A stretch of 43,805 bases of DNA, taken from contig JAOPWP010000087.1 of assembly GCA_025965615.1 (NCBI GenBank), positions 1 through 43,805 of the forward strand. Reading direction: 5' to 3'. The notes under the pieces were generated by a model. That model was not told the DNA's origin. It searched no databases and saw only the letters and a list, made by a program, of their open reading frames with translations. Below, piece by piece: positions 9,085 to 18,044 of the stretch. This DNA is from Frankiales bacterium. Its GTDB lineage: Bacteria; Actinomycetota; Actinomycetes; Mycobacteriales; SCTD01. A program made the translations under genes and the position numbers. How positions within the stretch are numbered: position 1 is the stretch's first letter; each line of letters begins with the position of its first letter.

Positions 9085-9327
9085 TCACGGGTCGAGCTGG
9101 GCCAGCAGCAGGTCGACGAGGGCGCCGACCGTCTCGATGCTCGTGACCTGCTCCTCGGGCAGCTCGACGTCGAAGGCCTCCTCGAGCGACAGGGCCCACT
9201 CGACGAGCGAGAGCGAGTCGAGCCCGAGGTCGTCCGCGAACCGGGCCGTCTCGAGCAGCGGCCCCGCCGGGACGCCGAGGGCCACGCCCCGCTCCCGCAC
9301 GAGGGCCAGGACCTGCTCGCGGGTCAT
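9085..9327 (-). CDS. Acyl carrier protein (ACP 1)
   Basis: DLGLDSLSLVEW phosphopantetheine site, acidic ~80 aa; TAGCGT -10 just upstream of ATG 9327. Confidence 0.88.
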   Translation of the reverse strand: MTREQVLALVRERGVALGVPAGPLLETARFADDLGLDSLSLVEWALSLEEAFDVELPEEQVTSIETVGALVDLLLAQLDP

Positions 9328-9357
9328 GGCCCGGCACGCTAGCGCCGGGGCGGCGGG

Positions 9358-10950
9358 GTGAGCCGAGACGACCACGACCTGGACGACCGGCCCGGTGACC
9401 CCGTCGTCGTGCAGACGTGGCTCGGCGCACCAGCGCTGTCGTACGCGCGCCGGCCCGCGACCGTGCTGGACGTGCTGGACCGGGCGGTGCGCCGATGGCC
9501 GCTGCGCACCTGCTTCGTCGACGTCGACGGCACGTCGGTCAGCTACGCGGAATTCGCCGCGAGGGTCGAGGCCGCCGCGGCCTCGCTGGAGGCCCGCGGC
9601 CTCCCGGCCGGGGCGTCGGTCGCTGTGGCGTCAGGCAACACCCTGGACCTCGCCACTGCCGTGTTCGCCTGCGCACGAGCACGTCTCGTGCTGGTGGGGC
9701 TGAACACGCGGCTCGCGCCGGCGCAGTGGTCGTACATGCTGGACCACTCCCAGGCGGCGCTCGCGCTCGGCAGCGAGCCCCACCTCGCCGGGCTCGCGGC
9801 CGCAGGAGCTCCCGACGTCGTCCCGCTCGGGGAGGCCCTGCGGGAGGCATCTCCGCGACCATGGGCCCGGGCAGCTGCCGGACCGGCCGAGGACGCGACC
9901 TACGCCGTCGTCTACACCTCCGGCACGACCGGACGCCCGAAGGCGTCGCAGGTGGTGCACCGGGCATCGGTCCACTCGGCCATGAGCTACCAGCGGGTGC
10001 TGCAGCTCGGGCCCGACGACGTCACCGCCGTGCTCTTCCCGATGTCCTACATCTCCGCCATGCACGCGCACGTCCTGCCCGCGATGCTCGCCGGCGCCTC
10101 CTGCGTCCTGGTCGACACGACGTCCCCGCGGGACTACGTCGAGCTGCTCGCGACCCGGCAGGTGTCCTGGGCCTACGCGGTGCCCTCGTGGTGGCGGTTG
10201 TGCCTGCGGGTGCCGGGGCTCGCTGATCTGCCCGCCCTCACCCGGGTCGCCGCCGGCGGGGCGCCCTTCCCGGCCGACCTCGTGGCAGCCCTGCGCGAGC
10301 GCCTGCCGCACGCCCGGCTGCACGACGTCTACGGCTTGTCCGAGACGCACTCCCCCGCATGCCTCGCCGACGACGACGACCTGCGCGCGCGTCCTGGCTC
10401 GGTGGGGCGCCCCCTGCCGTGCATGGAGGCCGAGGTCCGGGACGAGGACGGCACCGCGCTCCCGGCCGGCCGCCCCGGCGAGCTGTTCCTGCGCGGGTCC
10501 CTGGTCACCACGGGCTACGCCTTCGACCCGGCGGCGACCGCGGCCGCCATCGTCGACGGCTGGTTCGCCACCGGCGACATCGCCCGCCTCGGCTCCGATG
10601 GCGAGGTCACGATCCTCGACCGGAGCAAGGACATGATCAACCACGGGGGTACGAAGGTCTTCTCGGCAGAGGTCGAGGCGCTCCTGCGCACACACCCCTC
10701 GGTGGAGGACGTCGCCGTCGTGGGCGCACCCGACGCCCTCGCCGGCGAGGTGGTGGCGGCGTTCGTGGTCGCGCGCGGTCCGCTGTCCGCCGCGGACGTG
10801 CGGTCGTGGGTGCGATCGGGCCTGGCCGACTACGCCGTCCCCCGCCGGGTCGAGCTGGTCGACGACCTGCCCCGCGGGACGATCGGCAAGGTGGACAAGA
10901 CGGCCCTGCGGGCCCGCCTGTCCAAGACCGGTGCTTGCGCTTCCCCCTGA
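9358..10950 (+). CDS. Class I adenylate-forming enzyme (acyl-CoA/acyl-ACP ligase), copy 1
   Basis: YTSGTTGRPK, YGLSET, TGDIA, DRSKDMI, GKVDK. Confidence 0.92.
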   Translation: MSRDDHDLDDRPGDPVVVQTWLGAPALSYARRPATVLDVLDRAVRRWPLRTCFVDVDGTSVSYAEFAARVEAAAASLEARGLPAGASVAVASGNTLDLATAVFACARARLVLVGLNTRLAPAQWSYMLDHSQAALALGSEPHLAGLAAAGAPDVVPLGEALREASPRPWARAAAGPAEDATYAVVYTSGTTGRPKASQVVHRASVHSAMSYQRVLQLGPDDVTAVLFPMSYISAMHAHVLPAMLAGASCVLVDTTSPRDYVELLATRQVSWAYAVPSWWRLCLRVPGLADLPALTRVAAGGAPFPADLVAALRERLPHARLHDVYGLSETHSPACLADDDDLRARPGSVGRPLPCMEAEVRDEDGTALPAGRPGELFLRGSLVTTGYAFDPAATAAAIVDGWFATGDIARLGSDGEVTILDRSKDMINHGGTKVFSAEVEALLRTHPSVEDVAVVGAPDALAGEVVAAFVVARGPLSAADVRSWVRSGLADYAVPRRVELVDDLPRGTIGKVDKTALRARLSKTGACASP

Positions 10951-11114
10951 GTGACGCCGAACGCCTGCCTCCTGTGGACGGAGCCGCTGGGGGTGCGGGC
11001 AGTCCGGCGGTGGTGCACCATGTCCCGACGGCACGTGGTGACCCCGGAGCAGGTTGGGGCCGTCCCGACCGCACGACCCCTCGTACGCAGCGCTGCACTC
11101 GTACGCTGACGGCC

Positions 11115-11915
11115 GTGACCGAGCCCGCGGGGACGCTGCTCTCCGGAAAGCGCCTGCTCGCCACAGGGGTCCTCACGGAGTCCTCGCTGGCCAGTGCCGT
11201 CGTGCGCACCGCGCGAGCGCAGGGAGCGGAGGTGCTGCTGACGTCGCCGCTGTGCAGGGGGTTCTCGGTCACCTCGCGGGTGGCACCCCGCCTCGGCGTC
11301 GAGGCCGACGTGCTCGAGCTCGACGTGACGCTCCCGGACGACCTCGCCGGCCTCGAGCAGGCCGTACGCGAGGCCGGGTGGGACCGCGTCGACGGCGTCC
11401 TCCACTCGCTCGCCTACCTCCCTGTGGCCGACCGCTCCGCGGGCTTCGCCGCGGTGCCGTGGGAGGTGGTCGGCCCGTCGCTGCAGACCGGCGCCTGGTC
11501 GCTGGCCGCCCTCGTCCACGCGGTGCGGCCCTTGCTCGTACGCGGGTCGTCGATCGTCGGGCTCGACATGGACGCCGAACGCGCGTGGCCGGGTCAGGAC
11601 TGGCTCGGGGTCGCGCAGGCGGGGCTCGAAGCCACCACCCGCTACCTGGCGCGCGAGGTCGGACCGGACGGCGTGCGCGTCAACCTGGTGGCGACCGGGC
11701 CCCAGCGCACCCTGCTCGCCAAGGCGGTCGAGGGGAGGGACGAGCTCGTCCGCTCCTGGAACGACCGGGCGCCGCTCGGGTGGGACGCCGGCGACCCCAC
11801 CGCCGTGGCCCGCGCCGCCGTCATGCTGCTGTCCGACTGGTTCCCGGCCACCACCGGCTCGATCGTGCACGTCGACGGTGGCGCTCGAGCGGTCGCCATC
11901 TCCAGCCTGCACTAG
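11115..11915 (+). CDS. fabI: Enoyl-ACP reductase FabI/InhA homolog with substituted catalytic residues
   Basis: Colinear with InhA (LLSGKRLLATGVLTESS, DGVLHS, RVNLVATGP, APLGWD, LLSDWFPATTG..VHVDGG). Start GTG 11115 after TACGCT. The YxxMxxxK motif reads QDWLGVAQ. Confidence 0.82.
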   Translation: MTEPAGTLLSGKRLLATGVLTESSLASAVVRTARAQGAEVLLTSPLCRGFSVTSRVAPRLGVEADVLELDVTLPDDLAGLEQAVREAGWDRVDGVLHSLAYLPVADRSAGFAAVPWEVVGPSLQTGAWSLAALVHAVRPLLVRGSSIVGLDMDAERAWPGQDWLGVAQAGLEATTRYLAREVGPDGVRVNLVATGPQRTLLAKAVEGRDELVRSWNDRAPLGWDAGDPTAVARAAVMLLSDWFPATTGSIVHVDGGARAVAISSLH

Positions 11916-11924
11916 CGTCGCGGC

Positions 11925-12977
11925 ATGTCCCTCGACCTCGACGCGTCGCCCGTCGTCCTCGCGGCGAGCCGGCTCGCGAGGGAGCTCGCCGGGGACGCCG
12001 CCCGGCTGGAGCGCGAGGGCGTCGGTCGACCGCTGCTCGACCGCATGGCCGCCCTGGGTCTGCTCGCCGTCGCCGGCCCGCCGGACCTCGGCGGCGCGTG
12101 GCCGGCAGAGCAGCGGCGCATCGCCGAACTGCTGTCGGGTGCGAGTCCCGACGCCTGGTTCGTGTGGTTCCAGCACGGTCCGGTGGTGCGCATGCTCAAG
12201 GCCAGCGACAACGCCGACCTCGTCGCCAAGCACCTGCCGGAGCTGTGCGCCGGCCGGACGCTGGGTGGCGTCGCCTGGAGCCACCTGCGCACGGCGGAGC
12301 CGTCGGTCTCGGCGACCCGCGTCGACGGCGGGTGGTCGCTCTCGGGCTTCCAGCCCTGGTGCACCGGCTGGGGCCTCACCGACGTCGTGCTGGTCGGGGC
12401 GCTCGTGGCTGCGGACAGCGAGCACCCCGAGCGGGTGGTCTTCGGGATCGTCGCCGCAGGCGACCGCCCTGAGATGACGAGCGCGGGCGAGCTCTCGCTC
12501 GCCGCCATGGCGGGCACGGCCACCCACGCGCTGCGGCTGCAGGACCTGCAGCTGCCGGACGCCGACGTCGTCCTGCTCACGGACAGGGAGCCGTGGGCCG
12601 TCTCCGACCAGGCGCTCAACTGCAACGTCCAGCCGTCGACGTTCGGGATCGCCATGGCCGCCCTGGACCTGCTCGCCGAGCGCGAGCCCCACACGGCTTC
12701 CCTCCTGCGCCCCCGGGTCCTCGAGCTGCGCGCCAGGGCCTACCGGCTGATCGACGAGGTGGACGGCGCAGAGCGGCTCGACCAGCGGCTGTCGCTGCGG
12801 GCCGAGGCGCTGCTGGTCTCGATGGAGGCCTGCACCGCGCTGCTCGCCGCCCGCGGCGGTCAGGGCATGGACCTGTCCGAGCCCGCCCAGCGGCTGCTGC
12901 GTGCCGCTGCCTTCCAGCTGGTCCACAGCCAGGCCGCGCACGTCCGCACGGCCACGCTGGACGCGCTCGTCGCGTGA
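11925..12977 (+). CDS. Acyl-CoA dehydrogenase-fold flavoprotein (atypical), copy 1
   Basis: GGVAWSHLR, LSGFQPWCTGWG, LAAMAGTAT, PAQRLLRAAAF; leaderless TAGCGT-N6-ATG. Confidence 0.8.
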   Translation: MSLDLDASPVVLAASRLARELAGDAARLEREGVGRPLLDRMAALGLLAVAGPPDLGGAWPAEQRRIAELLSGASPDAWFVWFQHGPVVRMLKASDNADLVAKHLPELCAGRTLGGVAWSHLRTAEPSVSATRVDGGWSLSGFQPWCTGWGLTDVVLVGALVAADSEHPERVVFGIVAAGDRPEMTSAGELSLAAMAGTATHALRLQDLQLPDADVVLLTDREPWAVSDQALNCNVQPSTFGIAMAALDLLAEREPHTASLLRPRVLELRARAYRLIDEVDGAERLDQRLSLRAEALLVSMEACTALLAARGGQGMDLSEPAQRLLRAAAFQLVHSQAAHVRTATLDALVA

Positions 12978-14542
12978 CCGCGCCGGCGTCCTCCCAGAGC
13001 GGCCCGGACGCCCTCGCCGTCGAGGTCGTCGGCGGGCGGCAGGTGCGCTGCTACGCCGAGAGGCCCACCTCGGTCGTCGAGGTGCTGGAGCGCGCGCTGC
13101 CCAGCTCGGCCGGCGACGTGCTCCTCGTCGACCCGGCGCTGGGGACGAGCACGACGTACGACGGGTTCGCCCGCCTGGTCGAGGGGGCGGCCGCCGTGCT
13201 CACGGCTCGCGGCCTGCCCCGGCGCTCCCGGGTGGCCGTGCTCGCCCGCAACGGGCTGGAGGCGGCTGTCGCCATCTGGGCCTGCGCCCGGGCCGACCTC
13301 GTGCACGTCGGCATCCCCGTCGACAGCCCGCCGGCCCGGACCGCCGCGCTCCTGGAGCTGACCGGCGCCTCGCTCCTGCTCGTGCAACCCGAGCTGGTCT
13401 CCTCGCTCCCGGCGACCGGGGTGCCGGTCGCCGACGCGGCCGAGGTGCTGCTCGGCGCCGAGGTCCCGTGGCGCTCCGGGCAGCCGCTGCCGGACCAGGA
13501 CACGACCTACTCCCTGATCCCGACGAGCGGTACCACCGGGCACCCGAAGGCGGTGCAGGTCACCGGGCGGATGTCCGGGCACGCCGCGGCCTTCTACGTG
13601 CGCACGCTCGGTCTGGACCGTGCGGACCGCACCGCCATCCACCTGCCCTTCGCCTGGGTGTCCGGGCACATCACCCAGCTGGCCCCTGCGATGCTGTCGG
13701 GCGGCTCCGCCGTCACGATGGCGGCCTTCACGGCTCCGAAGCTGACCGCGGTCGTGGCCGAGTACGGGGTCACCTGGCTCGACGTCGTCCCGAGCATCTG
13801 GGAGATGCTGCTGCGCACCGAGACCTTCTCCCTGCCGGAGCTGTCGGGGCTGCGCCTCGCGGTCTTCGGTGGGGCGCCGGCGCCCCCCGGCACGCTCGAC
13901 CGCGTGCGCGAGCGGATGCCGCAGATGCGCCTGCTCGACGTCTACGCGCTGTCCGAGACCTGCGCCCCCGTGACCTGCCTCGGTGACGTCGAGGCCCGTC
14001 GCCGGCCGGGCAGCGTCGGGCGGCCAGCGCCGTACTGCGATCTGCGGGTGGTGGACCCTGCCGGGCAGGACGTGCCCCGGGGCGAGGTGGGCGAGCTCTG
14101 GGTCCGCTCACCGGCGGTGACGCCCGGCTACTGGGGCGGGGCGACGACGCCCGTCGACTCCGAAGGATGGCTGCACACAGGCGATCTCGGTCGCATGGAC
14201 GACGAGGGCTACCTCTACGTCGGCGGCCGGGCCGTCGACCTGATCATCCGCGGTGGCGTCAACATCTACCCGGCGGAGGTCGAGCGGGCGCTGCTCGGCA
14301 CCGGGTTGCTGGCCGACGCGGCCGCGGTCGGCATCCCGTCGGCGGTGACCGGTCACAACGTGGGGGCGGCCGTCGTGGCGCTTCCCGGAGCCGTTCCGGA
14401 GGTGCACGTGCTGCAGGCGGCCGTACGCGAGGCACTCGGGGCCCACGCCGTGCCTCGGCCGCTGCGCGTCGTGGACGACCTGCCGCGCAACCGCAACGGC
14501 AAGGTCGACCGGCCGGCTGTGGTGGCGCTGCTGACGTCCTGA
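12974..14542 (+). CDS. Class I adenylate-forming enzyme, copy 2
   Basis: PTSGTTGHPK, YALSET, HTGDLG, RGGVNIYPAEVE, NGKVDR; GTGA overlap with the previous stop. Confidence 0.9.
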   Translation: MTAPASSQSGPDALAVEVVGGRQVRCYAERPTSVVEVLERALPSSAGDVLLVDPALGTSTTYDGFARLVEGAAAVLTARGLPRRSRVAVLARNGLEAAVAIWACARADLVHVGIPVDSPPARTAALLELTGASLLLVQPELVSSLPATGVPVADAAEVLLGAEVPWRSGQPLPDQDTTYSLIPTSGTTGHPKAVQVTGRMSGHAAAFYVRTLGLDRADRTAIHLPFAWVSGHITQLAPAMLSGGSAVTMAAFTAPKLTAVVAEYGVTWLDVVPSIWEMLLRTETFSLPELSGLRLAVFGGAPAPPGTLDRVRERMPQMRLLDVYALSETCAPVTCLGDVEARRRPGSVGRPAPYCDLRVVDPAGQDVPRGEVGELWVRSPAVTPGYWGGATTPVDSEGWLHTGDLGRMDDEGYLYVGGRAVDLIIRGGVNIYPAEVERALLGTGLLADAAAVGIPSAVTGHNVGAAVVALPGAVPEVHVLQAAVREALGAHAVPRPLRVVDDLPRNRNGKVDRPAVVALLTS

Positions 14543-14543
14543 C

Positions 14544-15302
14544 TCAGGCGGTCAGGACGCGCTCGAGCACGGTCGCCTTGAGCCGCACGAACTCAGCATC
14601 AGCCAGCACCGCACGTCCCCGGTCCGCGCCGAACGGGACCGGCAGCTCGTCGACGACGCAGGCCGGGCGGTTGGAGAGCAGGCAGAGCCGGTCTCCGAGC
14701 AGGAGCGCCTCCTCGACGTCGTGCGTCACGAGCAGGACCGTCGTCGGGCGCTCTGCGAGCAGGGCGCGCAGCCACTCGTGCATGCGCAGCCTCGTCTGGG
14801 CGTCCAGTGCGCCGAAGGGTTCGTCCAGCAGCAGGACGGGTGGCCGGTTGGCGAGGACCTGAGCGATCGCGGCCCGCTGGCGCATGCCCCCGGACAGCTG
14901 CTTCGGGAGCGCGTCGGCGAACCCGTCGAGCCCGGTCGCGGACAGCAGCTCGTCGACGACGGCAGTCACCTGGGTGCCGGTCCTGCGGGAGGCGCGCGGC
15001 CCGAAGGCCAGGTTGTCGCGCAGGGTCAGCCACGGGAACAGCCCACCGGCCTGGGCGACCATGCCGCGGTCCGCCGAGGGCCCGCTGAGCCGCACGCCGT
15101 CGAGGAGCACCTCGCCGGAGGTCGGGGCCTCGAAGCCGGCCAGGACGCGGAGCAAGGTGGACTTCCCGCACCCGCTCGGGCCGAGGACGGACAGCACCTG
15201 ACCCGGCCGGGCCTCCAGGTCGATTCCGGCGAGCACCGACAGGTCCCCGAACGACTTGTGCAGGCCCCGGGCCGACAGAAGGCCCGTTCCGGTCCCGCTC
15301 AT
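14544..15302 (-). CDS. ABC transporter ATP-binding protein (TauB/SsuB/NitT family)
   Basis: GPSGCGKST, LSGGMRQR, LLLDEPFGALD, VTHDVEEA; ATGA overlap with the permease. Confidence 0.93.
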   Translation of the reverse strand: MSGTGTGLLSARGLHKSFGDLSVLAGIDLEARPGQVLSVLGPSGCGKSTLLRVLAGFEAPTSGEVLLDGVRLSGPSADRGMVAQAGGLFPWLTLRDNLAFGPRASRRTGTQVTAVVDELLSATGLDGFADALPKQLSGGMRQRAAIAQVLANRPPVLLLDEPFGALDAQTRLRMHEWLRALLAERPTTVLLVTHDVEEALLLGDRLCLLSNRPACVVDELPVPFGADRGRAVLADAEFVRLKATVLERVLTA

Positions 15303-16156
15303 GCCCGTGACCACCGGACCCAGCGAGCGGTCACCCCCCGCAGCACCAGGTCGGCGAGCAGCCCGACGGCCGCGAACACCACGATCCCGACGACGACCTG
15401 CTCGGTGCGGCCGGTCTCGCGAGCGGCGCTCATCATCGCGCCGACCCCCCGGTCGGTCCCGGACAGCTCGCCGACGATGACGCAGGTCCAGGCCAGCGTG
15501 AGCGACAGCCGCAGCCCGGTGACGACCTCCGGCAGGGCCGACGGCAGGTAGACCTTGCGCCAGAGCCAGCGGCGGGGCGTGCCGAGCATCCGGGCGGTCT
15601 CGACGTGCCCGCGCGGGACCCGGGCAGTGGCGTCGCCGACGGCCACGAGCACCGGCCACAGCGCGCCGACGAAGATGATCGCCCGGGCCGCCCCTTCGCC
15701 CAGGCCGAACCAGACCAGCGCGAGCGGCAACCAGGCGAACAGCGGCACCGCGCGCAGCGCGTTGAGGATCGGGTCGAGCAGGTCGCGGGCCAGCGACGAG
15801 AGGCCGAGCAGCAGTCCGACGACCGAACCCACGAGGACGGCGAGCAGCCACGACACCCCGCAGCGGGTGAGGCTCGCCGCCAGGTGCTCCGGACCGGCAC
15901 CCGTGAAGGGGACGACCCCGGCCAGGGTGTCGTTCCGGTCGCCCGTGAAGAACTCGGCCAGGGCCGTCGCCACCGTCCCTGGGCCGGGAAGCAAGCGGGT
16001 GCTGAGGATCTCGCGGTCGGAGACGACGTACCAGGTGGCGAGCAGCAGGACCGGCACGACCAGCCCCAGCAGCCGACGACCGCGGCGCCTCGCGCGCGAG
16101 TGCGCCGGGCCCGGGCCGGCCGGGACCAGCACGTCCTCGAGCAGGGCGGCTGACAC
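15299..16156 (-). CDS. ABC transporter permease (TauC/SsuC family)
   Basis: WFGLGE, VETARMLG (EAA-like loop), LAWTCVIVGEL, multiple TM segments; start approximate. Confidence 0.9.
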   Translation of the reverse strand: MSAALLEDVLVPAGPGPAHSRARRRGRRLLGLVVPVLLLATWYVVSDREILSTRLLPGPGTVATALAEFFTGDRNDTLAGVVPFTGAGPEHLAASLTRCGVSWLLAVLVGSVVGLLLGLSSLARDLLDPILNALRAVPLFAWLPLALVWFGLGEGAARAIIFVGALWPVLVAVGDATARVPRGHVETARMLGTPRRWLWRKVYLPSALPEVVTGLRLSLTLAWTCVIVGELSGTDRGVGAMMSAARETGRTEQVVVGIVVFAAVGLLADLVLRGVTARWVRWSRA

Positions 16157-16161
16157 GAGGG

Positions 16162-17181
16162 TCAGAGGTCCCAGTACTCGCGGGCGAACAGGGACTCGTA
16201 GTCGGGCTCGACCTTGATACCGCCCTGCTTCAGCAGCATCTTGCCCGCCCCCACGACCTCCCTGGCCCGCGCGTCGTCGAATCTCCACTCGGCGCCGACG
16301 TTCTCGAGAACGGCCTCGTACACAGGTTCGGTGTAGCCGAACTGCGTGACCAGCAGCTCCTTCCAGTTCGCCCGGTCGTTCCTGCCCCCCGGGCTGAGGT
16401 ACTCGGCGGCGGCCTTCTGCATCTTCACGACCTCGCGCACCACGTCCGGCCGTTCGGTCAGGATCTTCGCCGAAGCCCAGTTCGCCGTGTTGAAGTTCCC
16501 GACCGGCGTCTTCGTGGCCTCGGCGAGCCGCACCCCCTTGCCGCTGATGACGCTCTGCGTGCACAGCGGCTCGGTCCCGATGTAGGCGTCGATGTCCCCG
16601 CGCTCGAGCGCCGCCACGTGGTCGGCGTAGGCGAGCGGGATGCCCTGCACGTCCTTGCCGAGCACCAGACCGGCGGAGTCGAGCAGGTCGTTGAGGATGA
16701 GCACCTGGATGCCGGGCGGGGGCACGCCGATCTTCTTGCCCCGCAGGTCCGCGACCTTCTCGACCTTGCCCTTGGCTCCGATGAGGGCCACCCCGTTGCG
16801 GGCCGTCATGCTGACGATCTTCGAGGTCAGCTTCCTGTCACTGGCGGCGATGACCGTGCTGTAGGGGCCGAGCAGGCCGAAGTCGAGCTGTCCCCCCTCG
16901 AGGGCGTCCTGGATCTGCGTCGCGCTCGTGACCGGCGTGACCTCGATCGTGTAGCCCCTGGGGGCGAACTTCTGCCAGTACAGCGGCGACGAGGCGTGGT
17001 TCTTGGCGTACACGCAGGTCCGGACCGTCACCGGAGCAGCCGCTGCCGAGGCTCCCGAGGAGGACGCCGCCGACGGAGATCCGCTGTCGCCGCAGGCACC
17101 GAGCAGGACGGCTGCGCCGACCCCCGCGCCGAGGCCGAGGAACCCGCGACGGGACAGGGGCGACGGGAGGCGTACGGGCAC
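16162..17181 (-). CDS. ABC substrate-binding lipoprotein (TauA/SsuA/NMT1 family) with Tat signal
   Basis: LSRRGFLG twin-arginine motif, LLGAC lipobox, DLRGKKIG, ALERGDIDA; GGAG RBS before GTG 17181. Confidence 0.88.
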   Translation of the reverse strand: MPVRLPSPLSRRGFLGLGAGVGAAVLLGACGDSGSPSAASSSGASAAAAPVTVRTCVYAKNHASSPLYWQKFAPRGYTIEVTPVTSATQIQDALEGGQLDFGLLGPYSTVIAASDRKLTSKIVSMTARNGVALIGAKGKVEKVADLRGKKIGVPPPGIQVLILNDLLDSAGLVLGKDVQGIPLAYADHVAALERGDIDAYIGTEPLCTQSVISGKGVRLAEATKTPVGNFNTANWASAKILTERPDVVREVVKMQKAAAEYLSPGGRNDRANWKELLVTQFGYTEPVYEAVLENVGAEWRFDDARAREVVGAGKMLLKQGGIKVEPDYESLFAREYWDL

Positions 17182-17303
17182 GGGGCACTCCAGGAGGTGG
17201 ACGGGATCAGGGTCGGCGTCATCAAAGCAGGTGCATGAGGCCCCCGCCGGTCGCGCGCCGGCGCTCACCGCGGGCCGCTGCGCGGCGGCGCCTGGCGTGC
17301 ATA

Positions 17304-18035
17304 GTGAGCGAGGATGTGTCCGTGAACCGCCAGACGTGGATGACCCTGCTCGGCCTGGGTGAGGACGAGGTGCCGCGACTGCTGGTGCAGGAGGGCACCT
17401 GGTGGCGGCAGCAGGCACTGGAGCGCCGCCTGCCCCTGCTCACCGGCGTGCGCGAGCTGGGACTGCCGGACCTGTGGCTGGGCTGGTACGGCGAGGTGCC
17501 GGTCGCCTACTCCGTCGCCTACGGGGCCTCCCGGGCCGTGGAGCCGGTGCACGTCCTCGGCACCTGCGGAACGCCCGTCGTCGTCCAGATCGGCGCGTGC
17601 GGCGGGCTGCAGCCCACGGTGCAGACCGGCGACATCGTGCTGTCCGAGCGGGCGACGATCGGCGAGGGGGTCTCCCAGTACTACGGCGGCGAGGGCGTCG
17701 CGACCGCCAACCTGGGACGGGTCACCCGCGCAGCCTCGTTGTTCGCAGGTCGCGGCATGCACACCCACCGCGGCTTGACGATCACCGCCTCCGCCCCGCT
17801 CGCCCAGCCGCCGGGACTGCTGCGCAAGTGGGCGGCGGCCGGTCACCTGGCGGTCGACAGCGAGACCTCCGCCGTGTTCTCGGCGGCTACCGCGTTCGGC
17901 ATGCGCGCCGCCTCCGTCATGTACGTGCGCGACGAGCTCCCCGGGCGCTCGTGGACGGACGGCACCGGTGAGCAGGACCTCCCGCACGCCCAGGCGAGCG
18001 AGGCCGTGTTCGAGGTGGCCCTGGCCCTCGCCTGA
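17304..18035 (+). CDS. Nucleoside phosphorylase family (PNP_UDP_1) protein
   Basis: VQIGACGGL, GDIVL, GEGVSQYY, AVDSETSAV; start approximate. Confidence 0.78.
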   Translation: MSEDVSVNRQTWMTLLGLGEDEVPRLLVQEGTWWRQQALERRLPLLTGVRELGLPDLWLGWYGEVPVAYSVAYGASRAVEPVHVLGTCGTPVVVQIGACGGLQPTVQTGDIVLSERATIGEGVSQYYGGEGVATANLGRVTRAASLFAGRGMHTHRGLTITASAPLAQPPGLLRKWAAAGHLAVDSETSAVFSAATAFGMRAASVMYVRDELPGRSWTDGTGEQDLPHAQASEAVFEVALALA

Positions 18036-18044
18036 CGGCGGAGC

